DNA of 61,517 nucleotides from a virus. Taxonomy: Duplodnaviria; Caudoviricetes. Location of the stretch: positions 1-61,517 of the IMG/VR virus record IMGVR_UViG_3300022752_003832. One strand, given 5' to 3'. The first letter of the stretch is position 1. Every line of letters begins with the position of its first letter. This document shows positions 20,047-29,991 of the stretch, in pieces. The translations under genes and the position numbers were made by a program. The notes beneath the pieces are model-generated. The model was given only the letters and a program-made list of their open reading frames with translations. It did not search any database and had not been told where the DNA came from.

Positions 20047-20852
20047 ATAATTTAATCTCGTGTAATTTAATGGGCGGTTTAGGAAATCAATTATTTCAAG
20101 CTGCTCACGCATTGGCACAAGGAATAAAACACGATAGAGAAGTAGTTTTTGTCCCTAAATCATGGACACCATTACAAGGTAGACAAGCTTCAAACTATAT
20201 TAATAACGTTTTTAGAAATTTAAAGTTTGTTGAGTCTATTGATGGATTTGAAAAAGTCGTTGAAGGTCCTTGGGAATATTCTGAAGTAAATCCAAAAACT
20301 AATAACACTGTCTTTGAAGGGTATTTTCAAAGTAGTAAAAACTTTTTGGGATATGATGAACAAATTAGAAATATTTTTTCCCCGACTGAAGATTTTATAA
20401 ATAAGATGTATGATAAATATCCACAATTAAAACAAGATAATACAGTATCTATACATGTTAGATTTGGGGATTATAAAAATAACCCCCACATACACCCAAG
20501 TGTTTCTAAATCTTATATAAATGAATCACTTAAACAAATAGGACAGTACTCACATATGTTCCTATTTGGTGACGACAAAAAATGGTTAAAAGAAAATTTT
20601 AACGGTAAAAATATTACATTAATTGATGAAGAAGATTATGTTGATATGTGGTTAATGTCACTATGTAATCATAACATAATATCTAACTCAACATTTTCTT
20701 GGTGGGGCAGTTTTTTAAATAAAAATCCACATAAAAAAATAATTGCACCTTCAATTTGGTTCGGTCCTAATGGTCCTAATAATTACAAAGATATATACCA
20801 ATCTGATTGGAAAATAATTGAAGTAAAATACAAAGACGGATGGTTAAGTTAA
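20043..20852 (+). CDS. Alpha-1,2-fucosyltransferase-like (GT11)
   Basis: GGLGNQLFQ, EGYFQS, HVRFGDY, ISNSTFSWWG. Confidence 0.9.
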   Translation: MNNLISCNLMGGLGNQLFQAAHALAQGIKHDREVVFVPKSWTPLQGRQASNYINNVFRNLKFVESIDGFEKVVEGPWEYSEVNPKTNNTVFEGYFQSSKNFLGYDEQIRNIFSPTEDFINKMYDKYPQLKQDNTVSIHVRFGDYKNNPHIHPSVSKSYINESLKQIGQYSHMFLFGDDKKWLKENFNGKNITLIDEEDYVDMWLMSLCNHNIISNSTFSWWGSFLNKNPHKKIIAPSIWFGPNGPNNYKDIYQSDWKIIEVKYKDGWLS

Positions 20853-21658
20853 ACATGCTTTCAATTAATTTTGCCCACGACAAAGGGTCCACAGCAAATA
20901 AACCACCAATCAATATTCAGTGGTGTTTTAATAGTTATGAAAACCATATTTCTGTATATTTGGATAATGATTTTTTTAAAGGTATTATCGACCATAAAAA
21001 AGATGGGGGAAGTAAAAAAAAATTTCTATGGTTGTTAGAATCTAAAAAATTTGACAACAATGCGGTCAATAACGTAAAAAATAATTTAGAGCAAGTTTTA
21101 AGTACGTTCGAAGAAATTTGGACACATAACGACGAGTTATTATTATTACACCCAAAATTTAAATGGACTCCGGCTTACGGATGTTACATCAAAGATTTTG
21201 GAATTTATCCAAAAACGAAGTTATTATCGATGATTACTTCAGATAAACAAATAACAGAACAACATCGATTTAGATATAATTTTGCACAAAAAAATAAGAA
21301 CAAATTAGATTTATATGGTAGAGGTTTCAATGAAATTCAAAATAAAGAAGAAGGTTTAAAAGATTACATGTTTTCAATTGTTATTGAAAACGATACTTAC
21401 GACACTTATTTTACGGAAAAAATATTAGACTGTTTTGCTACCGGTACAATTCCGGTTTACATGGGAACAAAAAAAGTTATAAATTATTTTAATCCTGACG
21501 GTATAATTTTTCTTGAGGATACTTTTAACCCTTTACAACTCACTAAAAAACTTTATGATTCTAAAATTAAAGCAATAAAAGATAATTTTGAAAGAGTACA
21601 AAAATATAGTATTCTTGATGATTGGATTTTTGAAAATTATTTAATTAACTATGTCTAA
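20840..21658 (+). CDS. GT10-like (alpha-1,3/4-fucosyltransferase-like) glycosyltransferase
   Basis: DLYGRG..YMFSIVIEN...YFTEKILDCFATGTIPVYMG. Confidence 0.8.
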   Translation: MVKLNMLSINFAHDKGSTANKPPINIQWCFNSYENHISVYLDNDFFKGIIDHKKDGGSKKKFLWLLESKKFDNNAVNNVKNNLEQVLSTFEEIWTHNDELLLLHPKFKWTPAYGCYIKDFGIYPKTKLLSMITSDKQITEQHRFRYNFAQKNKNKLDLYGRGFNEIQNKEEGLKDYMFSIVIENDTYDTYFTEKILDCFATGTIPVYMGTKKVINYFNPDGIIFLEDTFNPLQLTKKLYDSKIKAIKDNFERVQKYSILDDWIFENYLINYV

Positions 21659-22358
21659 AATTTGTTTAATCCGACAACCTGCCGGTTTAGGTGATATATT
21701 CTTTTTACAAAAAATCGCAAAACATTATTTATCCCAAGGATATAAAATTTTGTGGCCGGTTATTTCAGAATTTAAATATATTAAAGATTATATAAAAGTT
21801 GAGAATATCACTTTTGTTGACGAAAATGAATCGTTTCCGTACAAAAATATATTCATGAGGGGAGACTCAACACCAATTCAAATAAGTGATTCATTACTTT
21901 ATTTACCTATCCAAAATTTTGATAGAAACTACCCTAATAAATCGGTTATGTATTCAAAATATAATTTATTAGGTATGGAATATCATGATTGGGTAGACTT
22001 CTTTGAGTTTGAAAGAAATTTAGAAAAAGAAAAAAAATTAAAGAATATATTGAATATTAAAGATTTGGAGTATAATCTCGTAAATCGACAATTTGGTTCC
22101 CCTCCTAATTCTCAAAACTGCAGTCATATGGGTCAATATGAAAACTCTATTGAGATGACATATATTGAAGGATATAGTATTTTTGATTGGGTAGGTATTA
22201 TATTAGGAGCCAAACACATATACACAGCAGAAACATCATTACTATATATTTTAACAAAATTAGGTTTAGAGAACGTAACAGTTTACTCAAAACATAACCC
22301 TCCGAATTATTTTCATGTTTTGGAATTATTCCCAAAAAATTGGACTTACATATTATGA
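21651..22358 (+). CDS. Putative glycosyltransferase-like protein
   Basis: RQPAGLGDIFF N-terminus reminiscent of GT9-type GT-B enzymes; operon context. Confidence 0.5.
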   Translation: MSKICLIRQPAGLGDIFFLQKIAKHYLSQGYKILWPVISEFKYIKDYIKVENITFVDENESFPYKNIFMRGDSTPIQISDSLLYLPIQNFDRNYPNKSVMYSKYNLLGMEYHDWVDFFEFERNLEKEKKLKNILNIKDLEYNLVNRQFGSPPNSQNCSHMGQYENSIEMTYIEGYSIFDWVGIILGAKHIYTAETSLLYILTKLGLENVTVYSKHNPPNYFHVLELFPKNWTYIL

Positions 22359-22990
22359 TTGAAAACATTAAAGAAGAATTAAAAAAGTATTTTGAATCTG
22401 AAACTTATTTGGATGATGAAACAGGTTACACTAAAGATGGTAGAGGTGTTGATTGGATGATTGATAACCTTCTACCAAAAATACAACGACTAATTGATAA
22501 AGACATACATAAGAATTGTTTGGATGTTGGTTCCGCCCAAGGGTATTTTACAAGAGTCCTTAAAGAACATTTTTATAATACGTATGGTGTTGACTTTTCT
22601 GAAAATAGAATCTTATACGCAAAAAAATATGAGACAGATAATTTAAAATTTGTTGTTGCGGATTTAACTGAAAGTCTTACACCTAAAATCCCAATCAAAT
22701 TTGATTTTATGTTTACAAACGCTGTAATTCCACATATTCCAGCACAATTTAAATCTGACGTATTTAAAAATTTAGCAGAAATTGCTAACGTTGGGTGTAC
22801 TTTTGTGATTTACGATGGTATGATTGATGATGGAGTTGAGTTAACTTTCAATGAGTGGCAACCGGGACAACACATCAATGTTACTTTTTTTAGTAAAAGT
22901 TGGTTAGAGGAAAACGCAATCGATTGGGAAATTATTGAAATTAATAATATTGGTAATTTAACTGAAGAAATAATATTAAAAAGAAAATAA
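22355..22990 (+). CDS. Class I SAM-dependent methyltransferase
   Basis: CLDVGSAQG, GVDFS, FDFMFTNAVIPH; ATG 22355 overlaps upstream stop (ATGA). Confidence 0.85.
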   Translation: MIENIKEELKKYFESETYLDDETGYTKDGRGVDWMIDNLLPKIQRLIDKDIHKNCLDVGSAQGYFTRVLKEHFYNTYGVDFSENRILYAKKYETDNLKFVVADLTESLTPKIPIKFDFMFTNAVIPHIPAQFKSDVFKNLAEIANVGCTFVIYDGMIDDGVELTFNEWQPGQHINVTFFSKSWLEENAIDWEIIEINNIGNLTEEIILKRK

Positions 22991-22996
22991 AAAATT

Positions 22997-23650
22997 ATGA
23001 GTTTATTTGGAGCATTTTGGGATAAAGACCCAAATCCGGTAGGGGAAAGTCAATTTGGTAATAATAAGGGTTTATTTTACAATTTACGGTGGTCACCAAA
23101 AGGTGTTTTACATATTGGTGCTTGGGATGCATGGGAGGCAAAACAATACGCCCATTTTTGTGGAAGCAACTCAATATTTTTAGAAGCCAACCCAAATTCA
23201 TACCTTACATTTAAAAATGAAATAGAACGATTTGGTCAGAAAATTTACAATTTAGCTGCGTGGAATGTTGACGATTTAGATATGGATTTATATTGTCCAC
23301 CATCGAATCCTGATTCAAGCTCATTGATTGAAAAAAATGGTATTCCGGTTAAAACAAAAACAATCACTATTAAAACTTTATTTGATAGAGAAAATTTAAA
23401 TTTTAATAATTATGATTTATTAAATATTGACACCGAAGGTGCGGAATTACAAGTGCTTGATGGTATAGGTGAAAATATAAAAAATTTTACATACATTATT
23501 ATTGAAGTAACCGATTTAGATTCTGAATTTGACCATAATATTCAAAAATATATGACAGAAAATGGATTTTTATTAGTCAGAGAAAGTACTCGACATATAA
23601 GTTCGGTTAATGGTAAAATGTTTTGTGATAAATTATATAAAAAAAAATAA
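22997..23650 (+). CDS. FkbM-family methyltransferase
   Basis: VLHIGAW, LEANP, LNIDTEGAELQVLDG. Confidence 0.88.
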   Translation: MSLFGAFWDKDPNPVGESQFGNNKGLFYNLRWSPKGVLHIGAWDAWEAKQYAHFCGSNSIFLEANPNSYLTFKNEIERFGQKIYNLAAWNVDDLDMDLYCPPSNPDSSSLIEKNGIPVKTKTITIKTLFDRENLNFNNYDLLNIDTEGAELQVLDGIGENIKNFTYIIIEVTDLDSEFDHNIQKYMTENGFLLVRESTRHISSVNGKMFCDKLYKKK

Positions 23651-24480
23651 TGAAAAGTTCTGTTGTTTTATCATCCAAAAATGATAATTACGGTGGTAAT
23701 TTATATAAAAGAACCACAATGTCACTCATCTCATTAATTGAGAATCACGATGAAATTGTATTTGTTGATTGGAAAACTGAAAAAGGTAAAGGGGTAATTT
23801 CAAATATAAAACATAATTTACCTCACACCGGTAAATTAAAATATATTCAAGTACCAAAAGAATTATTAAAAGAAAAATACCCTTATTACTACCAATACAA
23901 TATGATAGAATCTATTAGTCGTAATGTAGGTATAAGAAGAACTTCAAATGATTTTATCGTCTCAACAAATATAGATATTGTAACTACACCATTAGACTTT
24001 TCTAAATTAAACGTAAATTCGTTTTATACTGTACCCAGACGAGATGTTGATGAATCACTTCATTTATCTTTTAACAATTTTAATTCTTTATATTCACATC
24101 TAACATTAAATAAAGATTCATTTAGACCTAAAGATAGAGTTAGTAATGAAAACGACAAATGGTCTTTAGTTATTTGTTGTGGTGATTATCAAATAGGACA
24201 TAGAAACACTTGGTTAAAAATGAAAGGGTTTGAAGAATCGGTTCTTTACGGATGCGGTATAGATACTAATGTAATGAAAAAAGCATCGTTTTATTCCGAT
24301 ATAAAAGTTTTAGAACACTATATTTTTCATCTAAACCATGGAAAACAATCAATACTAGATAAAGATGAATACGTACCCCCAATGTCTGACCAAAATTTAA
24401 TAATTAGAGATTTTATACAAACATCAAATACTGAAAATTGGGGAATGCTTAACGAAGATTTACCTATAGAATTAATATGA
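23650..24480 (+). CDS. GT-A fold glycosyltransferase-like protein
   Basis: KNDNYGG, IVFVDW, RNVGIRR, TNIDI, GDYQ..KGFEE. Confidence 0.7.
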   Translation: MKSSVVLSSKNDNYGGNLYKRTTMSLISLIENHDEIVFVDWKTEKGKGVISNIKHNLPHTGKLKYIQVPKELLKEKYPYYYQYNMIESISRNVGIRRTSNDFIVSTNIDIVTTPLDFSKLNVNSFYTVPRRDVDESLHLSFNNFNSLYSHLTLNKDSFRPKDRVSNENDKWSLVICCGDYQIGHRNTWLKMKGFEESVLYGCGIDTNVMKKASFYSDIKVLEHYIFHLNHGKQSILDKDEYVPPMSDQNLIIRDFIQTSNTENWGMLNEDLPIELI

Positions 24481-25109
24481 GTGAACCTAAATCTATTTTT
24501 ATCGTTGGTGGTTCAGCAGGTGCAAAAATTGCAACCAACATTTTTAGTCAAACACACCCAGATTATTTACTATATTATGTGGAATGTTTTTCAGATGAAA
24601 TCACAAGTAATATAATTTACCCTACAATAGATAAGGCACTTGACCATTTACGGTCACCCAACATTCAATATTTTATTGCAACCGGTGATAATAAAATGAG
24701 ACAAGAAAATTATGAGTTAATTAAATCTTATACAAAAAAAGAACCTATTAATTGTATTCACCCATCGGCGGTCATATCGACAAAAAAAATTGGTTATGGT
24801 AATTTAATTTGCCCCAACTCTGTCATTCACATTGACGCACATGTAGGAGACTGCACGATAATTAATACGGGAGCAATCGTAGAGCATGATTGTTTTGTTA
24901 GTGACTTTTCTCAAATATCACCTAACGCAACTCTTTGTGGGTATGTTAAAGTCGGTAAAAGGTCTTTTATTTCTGCGGGTTCGACAATAATACCAAAAAT
25001 AATCATAGGTGATGACTCAATAGTTGCTGCAGGTTCAGTTGTTATTAATGATGTAGATTCGAATGTAATGGTTGCGGGAACACCATCAAAAGTTAAAAAA
25101 AAATTATAA
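24477..25109 (+). CDS. NeuD/PglD-family sugar acetyltransferase
   Basis: ATGDNKMR, IHPSAVIS, INTGAIVEHDC, hexapeptide repeats, VAGTPSK. Confidence 0.9.
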   Translation: MSEPKSIFIVGGSAGAKIATNIFSQTHPDYLLYYVECFSDEITSNIIYPTIDKALDHLRSPNIQYFIATGDNKMRQENYELIKSYTKKEPINCIHPSAVISTKKIGYGNLICPNSVIHIDAHVGDCTIINTGAIVEHDCFVSDFSQISPNATLCGYVKVGKRSFISAGSTIIPKIIIGDDSIVAAGSVVINDVDSNVMVAGTPSKVKKKL

Positions 25110-25111
25110 AC

Positions 25112-26266
25112 ATGAAAAAATATAATATCCCAATTTTCAAATTAAAATTTGATTTAAAATCTAAATTAAAATTCCTTAAAGGTTCTTGGGATATTTTATC
25201 ATCGAATAGACCATTAGGTGAATCAAAATATGTTAAAGAATTTGAAGATAAGTTTGCTAAACTAATTAAATCAAAATATGTTATGTCGTGTTCTAATGGT
25301 ACAACCGCAATTGAATTGGCATTAAAAACAATTGATGTTAGGGGTAAAAAAGTTTTAATTCCGTCTAACACATTTTTTGCAACCAGTGTCGCTGTAACCA
25401 ACTCAGGAGGGATTGTTGAACTATTAGATATGGAATCAGAATCTTTTTCTATTTGCCCAAAAGATTTAGAATCAAAGTTAACTTTAGATGTTGGGGCAGT
25501 TATTATTGTACATATTGGTGGTATAATTTCTCATAAGATTTCTAAGATTGTTGATTTATGTAAGAGAATGGATGTTCCTTTAATTGAAGATGCTGCACAT
25601 GCACAACTTTCATACAGAGGTAAATACAACGCGGGCACCATTGGTGATATAGGGTGTTTTTCTTTTTTCCCGACCAAAGTAATGACAACAGGTGAAGGGG
25701 GAATTGTTTCAACAAATAACAAAAAATATTACGAGAAAATGAAATCGTTAAAAAACTTTGGTCGTGATATTAATGATTATGGTGTAATTGTTAATTCTGA
25801 GGGTAACAATTTTAAAATTAACGAGTTCACAGGATTATTAGGTAGTATTGAATGTAACCGAGTAATAACAAGGATTGAAAAAAGGTCTCAGTTATTAGAA
25901 AGGTATTATAGTAATTTAAAAGAAACTGAATACGTTGTACTTAAACAAAAAGGTGATGGTAGGTGTGCATATTATAAGGCCATAGTTAAAACACCAATCA
26001 ATAGTTCATGGTTGAAGGAATACTGTAAAAAACACAATATTTCATTGACGGGTGAAGTATATAAAATACCAGTTCACCACCAACCTTTATATAAAAAACA
26101 ATTTTCCTATGTAAATTTACCAAATACTGATTATTATTGTAATCACCATATATGCCCTCCATTATATCCAGAATTAACGGTTAAAGAAGTGGATTACATT
26201 TGTGATGTATTAAAACAAGCATTAATTGATTATGAAAAACAAAGTAGCAAAACTAACACAAATTAG
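25112..26266 (+). CDS. DegT/DnrJ/StrS-family PLP aminotransferase
   Basis: SNGTTA, IEDAAHA, FSFFPTKVMTTGEGG. Confidence 0.92.
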   Translation: MKKYNIPIFKLKFDLKSKLKFLKGSWDILSSNRPLGESKYVKEFEDKFAKLIKSKYVMSCSNGTTAIELALKTIDVRGKKVLIPSNTFFATSVAVTNSGGIVELLDMESESFSICPKDLESKLTLDVGAVIIVHIGGIISHKISKIVDLCKRMDVPLIEDAAHAQLSYRGKYNAGTIGDIGCFSFFPTKVMTTGEGGIVSTNNKKYYEKMKSLKNFGRDINDYGVIVNSEGNNFKINEFTGLLGSIECNRVITRIEKRSQLLERYYSNLKETEYVVLKQKGDGRCAYYKAIVKTPINSSWLKEYCKKHNISLTGEVYKIPVHHQPLYKKQFSYVNLPNTDYYCNHHICPPLYPELTVKEVDYICDVLKQALIDYEKQSSKTNTN

Positions 26267-27260
26267 AAAAATTGAAATTTTTGAAGAAGAAATTCCAAAA
26301 CTTCAGAAAGGTCAAATATTAGTCGCAATGAAATCTGTCGGAATCTGTGGTTCTGACATGCACTATTTTAAAGAAGGCGGTTTGGGTTCGTTTAAGAACC
26401 CTTTACCTATGTATATGGGTCACGAACCATCAGGAATTATTGTAGATTCAAATGGGTCAGATAAATTTAAAGATGGTGACCGAGTTGCGGTTGAACCAGG
26501 AATGCCTTGTGTTACTTCATATTGGGCATTAAAGGGTAAGCACAATCTTTGTGAAAAGGGTACATTTATGGGGGCAAATACTCAAGGAGCCTTTGCGGAT
26601 TATGTTATTGTTGAGGAATTACAACTTGTTAAGATACCTAATTCTATGTCGTTTAACTTAGCAAGTTTGTTAGAACCGTTAGGTGTTTGTCTTCATACTG
26701 CAAATTTAATTGAGCCTAAATTTACTGAATCCGCAACTATTTTTGGGTCTGGTCCTATTGGATTGTGTATGTTTTCAATATTAAAAAAAATGGGGTTAAA
26801 TGATATCTACATGATTGACAAACTACCGTATCGAGTAGATTTCGCTAAAAAGTTTGGGGCATTAAAATCATTCTTATTAACTGATGATTACAATAAAAAA
26901 ATTAAAGAACTCACTAACGGCATGGGAACTACAATTACCGTAGACACTGGTGGTACTGTAGAATCAATTGATGGGTGTATTAATGTTGCTGCGGTTAATG
27001 GTAAAGTCGCTCTGATTGGTATTCCTGAGTCTGATTTTATTTCATATAACCCACACAGAATGAGAACTAAAGAACTAACAATTAAAAATGTTAGAAGGTC
27101 AAATCAAACTTTACATGATTGTGTTAAACAATACTCCGAAGACACTGAAATTGAAAAAATAATTTCTCACGAATTTAAATTTGAGGACATTCAAAAAGCA
27201 TTTAATTTAGTGGCGGATTATAATGACCAAGTATTAAAATGTATTATAACAAATAATTAA
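26232..27260 (+). CDS. Zn-dependent polyol/sugar dehydrogenase (MDR family)
   Basis: GICGSDMH, GHEPSG, LLEPL, FGSGPIG. Confidence 0.9.
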   Translation: MKNKVAKLTQIRKIEIFEEEIPKLQKGQILVAMKSVGICGSDMHYFKEGGLGSFKNPLPMYMGHEPSGIIVDSNGSDKFKDGDRVAVEPGMPCVTSYWALKGKHNLCEKGTFMGANTQGAFADYVIVEELQLVKIPNSMSFNLASLLEPLGVCLHTANLIEPKFTESATIFGSGPIGLCMFSILKKMGLNDIYMIDKLPYRVDFAKKFGALKSFLLTDDYNKKIKELTNGMGTTITVDTGGTVESIDGCINVAAVNGKVALIGIPESDFISYNPHRMRTKELTIKNVRRSNQTLHDCVKQYSEDTEIEKIISHEFKFEDIQKAFNLVADYNDQVLKCIITNN

Positions 27261-27262
27261 AC

Positions 27263-27997
27263 ATGAGCTTAGTACAAATTGTTGATGGTTTTAAATATAA
27301 AACCGAGGAAAGAAATACTGAAATAACTAACGTTATTAAATGGAATTGTAAAATTTTTGATAAGATTCACATTTTATGTGAAAACTTGGAATATTATGAA
27401 TTTTATAAACAGTTTCAATCGGATGTGGTTAATGTTGTTAATTTAGGTAGGGAAAGACTTATTTCTATGCAAGAAATGTTTAACTATATTAATGAAAAAT
27501 CAAATCCTGAAGATATTAAATTTTTATCTAACATTGATGCTATTTATACCAACCAATTTAAAAATCTATATGTTGAGGATGATTGTATATACACATTTAA
27601 CAGTAGACCCTTAAGGAATCCTAACTATTATAATGGTATTGGACATGAAGCTAATATTAGAGAAGAAAATGATGGTTTGGTTTTGTTTAATCGAGACGGC
27701 ATTTTAGACCCTAATTGGTTTATGGGAGATACAGAACTAAATAATGGGTATTGGCAAAAAGGGGTATGTAGTTGGGGGTGGAAAACAATTAAACATTTAT
27801 CAGAATCACACCAAGAGTGTTTTCAATGCTATCCACAGGCGGAACAATGCATGATGTCAGCATTTAGAGAAGTTGGTTATACGCTAAAGGCTGCAGGAAT
27901 AAAGTACCCTAATTACCATAATCATGGTTCTAACGAAAAAACAGAAAACAATAAACATGGAATGCAATTTAACGGAGAAATAACAGAATTATTATGA
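27263..27997 (+). CDS. Hypothetical protein (possible GT-A-like)
   Basis: 244 aa in operon; FLSNID and late HNH (YHNHGS) reminiscent of GT-A enzymes. Confidence 0.55.
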   Translation: MSLVQIVDGFKYKTEERNTEITNVIKWNCKIFDKIHILCENLEYYEFYKQFQSDVVNVVNLGRERLISMQEMFNYINEKSNPEDIKFLSNIDAIYTNQFKNLYVEDDCIYTFNSRPLRNPNYYNGIGHEANIREENDGLVLFNRDGILDPNWFMGDTELNNGYWQKGVCSWGWKTIKHLSESHQECFQCYPQAEQCMMSAFREVGYTLKAAGIKYPNYHNHGSNEKTENNKHGMQFNGEITELL

Positions 27998-28926
27998 AAA
28001 AATACATAGTAACAACAACAATTAACCCAATTACTGAAGCAACATTAAAATTTGCATCAATTGCAGATAAAAAAGATTTTACATTTGTTATAGTTGGAGA
28101 TTTAAAAACTCCACACGAAATGTATGAACAGTTAGTTTCTGTTTGTCAAAATGTGATTTATTTATCACCAGAAAAACAAACAGAGTTATATCCTGAATTA
28201 TCTGAGATTATTGGTTGGAAAACCATCCAAAGAAGAAACATTGGATTTGTCTATGCGTATCAACAAGGTGCTGAAATCATTGCAACAGTAGATGACGATA
28301 ATATCCCTTACGATAGTTGGGGGGATAATATAATGATTGGTCAAGAAGTGGAGGTTGATGAATATGAAAATTTATCGTGCTCTTATTTCGACGCAATTTC
28401 AACTACTGAACATAATGATTTATGGCATAGAGGATTCCCGATTGAACATTTACAAGTTAAAAACAACATTGAATACAAAGGTAAAACAAAAATTACCCCT
28501 TTGGTTCAAGCTGAGTTTTGGGACGGTGACCCTGACATTGATGCAATTTGTAGGTTAAGTAAAAAACCAATAATTAAATTTAAACCATTTGAAGCGTTCA
28601 CGACAAAACAATTATCACCATTTAACTCTCAAAATACATTCTTACATAGAAGTGTGTTAAAACATTATAGTGTATTTCCTTACACAGGTCGAATGGATGA
28701 TATATGGGGTTCATATGTAATGCAACATCATTTCCCCAATTCCGTTATATATACCCAAGCTTCTGTTTACCAAGCAAGAAATCCTCAAGATTTGGTTAAA
28801 AATTTAGAGAATGAAGTTATTGGGTACAGAGGCACTTTACCACTATTAGAAAATTTAAAAAATTATAGGGATTTACTTCCTGAAAAAACTGTCGAATATT
28901 TTGACATATACCAAAAATATTTTTAA
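27994..28926 (+). CDS. STELLO/DUF288 (RGP/GT75-related) family protein
   Basis: IVTTTIN, VIVGDLKTP, RRNIG, VDDDN, RGFP, GDPDIDAI, PFNSQNT, RMDDIWG. Confidence 0.8.
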   Translation: MKKYIVTTTINPITEATLKFASIADKKDFTFVIVGDLKTPHEMYEQLVSVCQNVIYLSPEKQTELYPELSEIIGWKTIQRRNIGFVYAYQQGAEIIATVDDDNIPYDSWGDNIMIGQEVEVDEYENLSCSYFDAISTTEHNDLWHRGFPIEHLQVKNNIEYKGKTKITPLVQAEFWDGDPDIDAICRLSKKPIIKFKPFEAFTTKQLSPFNSQNTFLHRSVLKHYSVFPYTGRMDDIWGSYVMQHHFPNSVIYTQASVYQARNPQDLVKNLENEVIGYRGTLPLLENLKNYRDLLPEKTVEYFDIYQKYF

Positions 28927-28929
28927 ATA

Positions 28930-29964
28930 ATGAAAAAAGTAGTAATTTTAGGTGGTGGTGGTTTCATAGGTGGTCACCTCGCAAAACGATTAAAAGAAGA
29001 AGGGAATCACATAAGAATTTGTGATATAAAAAAACACGAATATTTTGCTCATGAAGATATTTGTCATGAGTTTATACTTGGAGATTTAACTGACCCCAAT
29101 GTGGTTAAATTAGTTATTGAAGAAGATGTTGATGAGGTTTACCAATTGGCCGCAGATATGGGTGGAGCGTTATACATTTTTACAGGAGAAAATGACGCAA
29201 ATGTTATGTATAATTCAGCAACAATAAATCTTAATGTTGTGCATGAATGTGTCAGAAAGAAAGTTAAAAAAGTATTTTATTCATCATCCGCATGTATGTA
29301 TCCCGAACATAATCAATTAGACCCATTAAACCCAAATTGTGAAGAATCTTCTGCGTACCCCGCAAACCCTGACTCAGAATACGGGTGGGAAAAATTATTT
29401 TCAGAAAGATTATACTTGGCATTCAATCGAAACTATGGTTTAGATGTGAGAGTTGCAAGGTTCCACAATATTTTTGGACCACAAGGTACATGGAATGGAG
29501 GAAGAGAAAAATCACCAGCAGCCATGTGTAGAAAAGCTGCGGAGACTAAAGAAAACGGTACTATAGAAGTTTGGGGTGATGGCCAACAAACTCGTTCATT
29601 TTTATACGTCGATGAGTGTGTTGAGGCCGTTTTAAAATTAATGGAAAGTGATTTTTTAGGTCCTGTTAATATTGGTTCTGAAGAAATGGTCACTATTAAT
29701 CAATTGGCTCAAATGGCTATTAATATATCAGGTAAAAACATTAGTATCAATAATATTGGAGGTCAAGATTTTTTAGATAAATACGGATTCAAATGCCCTT
29801 TAGGTGTGAAAGGTAGAAACTCAGACAACAAACTATATAAAGAAAAAATTGGATGGGAAGTCAACCAACCACTAATAGTGGGGTTAAAAAAAACTTACGA
29901 ATGGATTGAATACAAAGTAGATGAAGAACTTAAAAAAAAAATACATTCACAAAAGTCTCAGTAA
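28930..29964 (+). CDS. GDP-mannose 3,5-epimerase-like extended SDR
   Basis: GGGGFIG, LAADMGG, YSSSACMYPE, EYGWEK, RFHNIFGP.GTW.GGREKSPAAMCRK: the GME-specific signature. Confidence 0.85.
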   Translation: MKKVVILGGGGFIGGHLAKRLKEEGNHIRICDIKKHEYFAHEDICHEFILGDLTDPNVVKLVIEEDVDEVYQLAADMGGALYIFTGENDANVMYNSATINLNVVHECVRKKVKKVFYSSSACMYPEHNQLDPLNPNCEESSAYPANPDSEYGWEKLFSERLYLAFNRNYGLDVRVARFHNIFGPQGTWNGGREKSPAAMCRKAAETKENGTIEVWGDGQQTRSFLYVDECVEAVLKLMESDFLGPVNIGSEEMVTINQLAQMAINISGKNISINNIGGQDFLDKYGFKCPLGVKGRNSDNKLYKEKIGWEVNQPLIVGLKKTYEWIEYKVDEELKKKIHSQKSQ

Positions 29965-29991
29965 TTATAAAACAACAAAAAAAATTAATAA

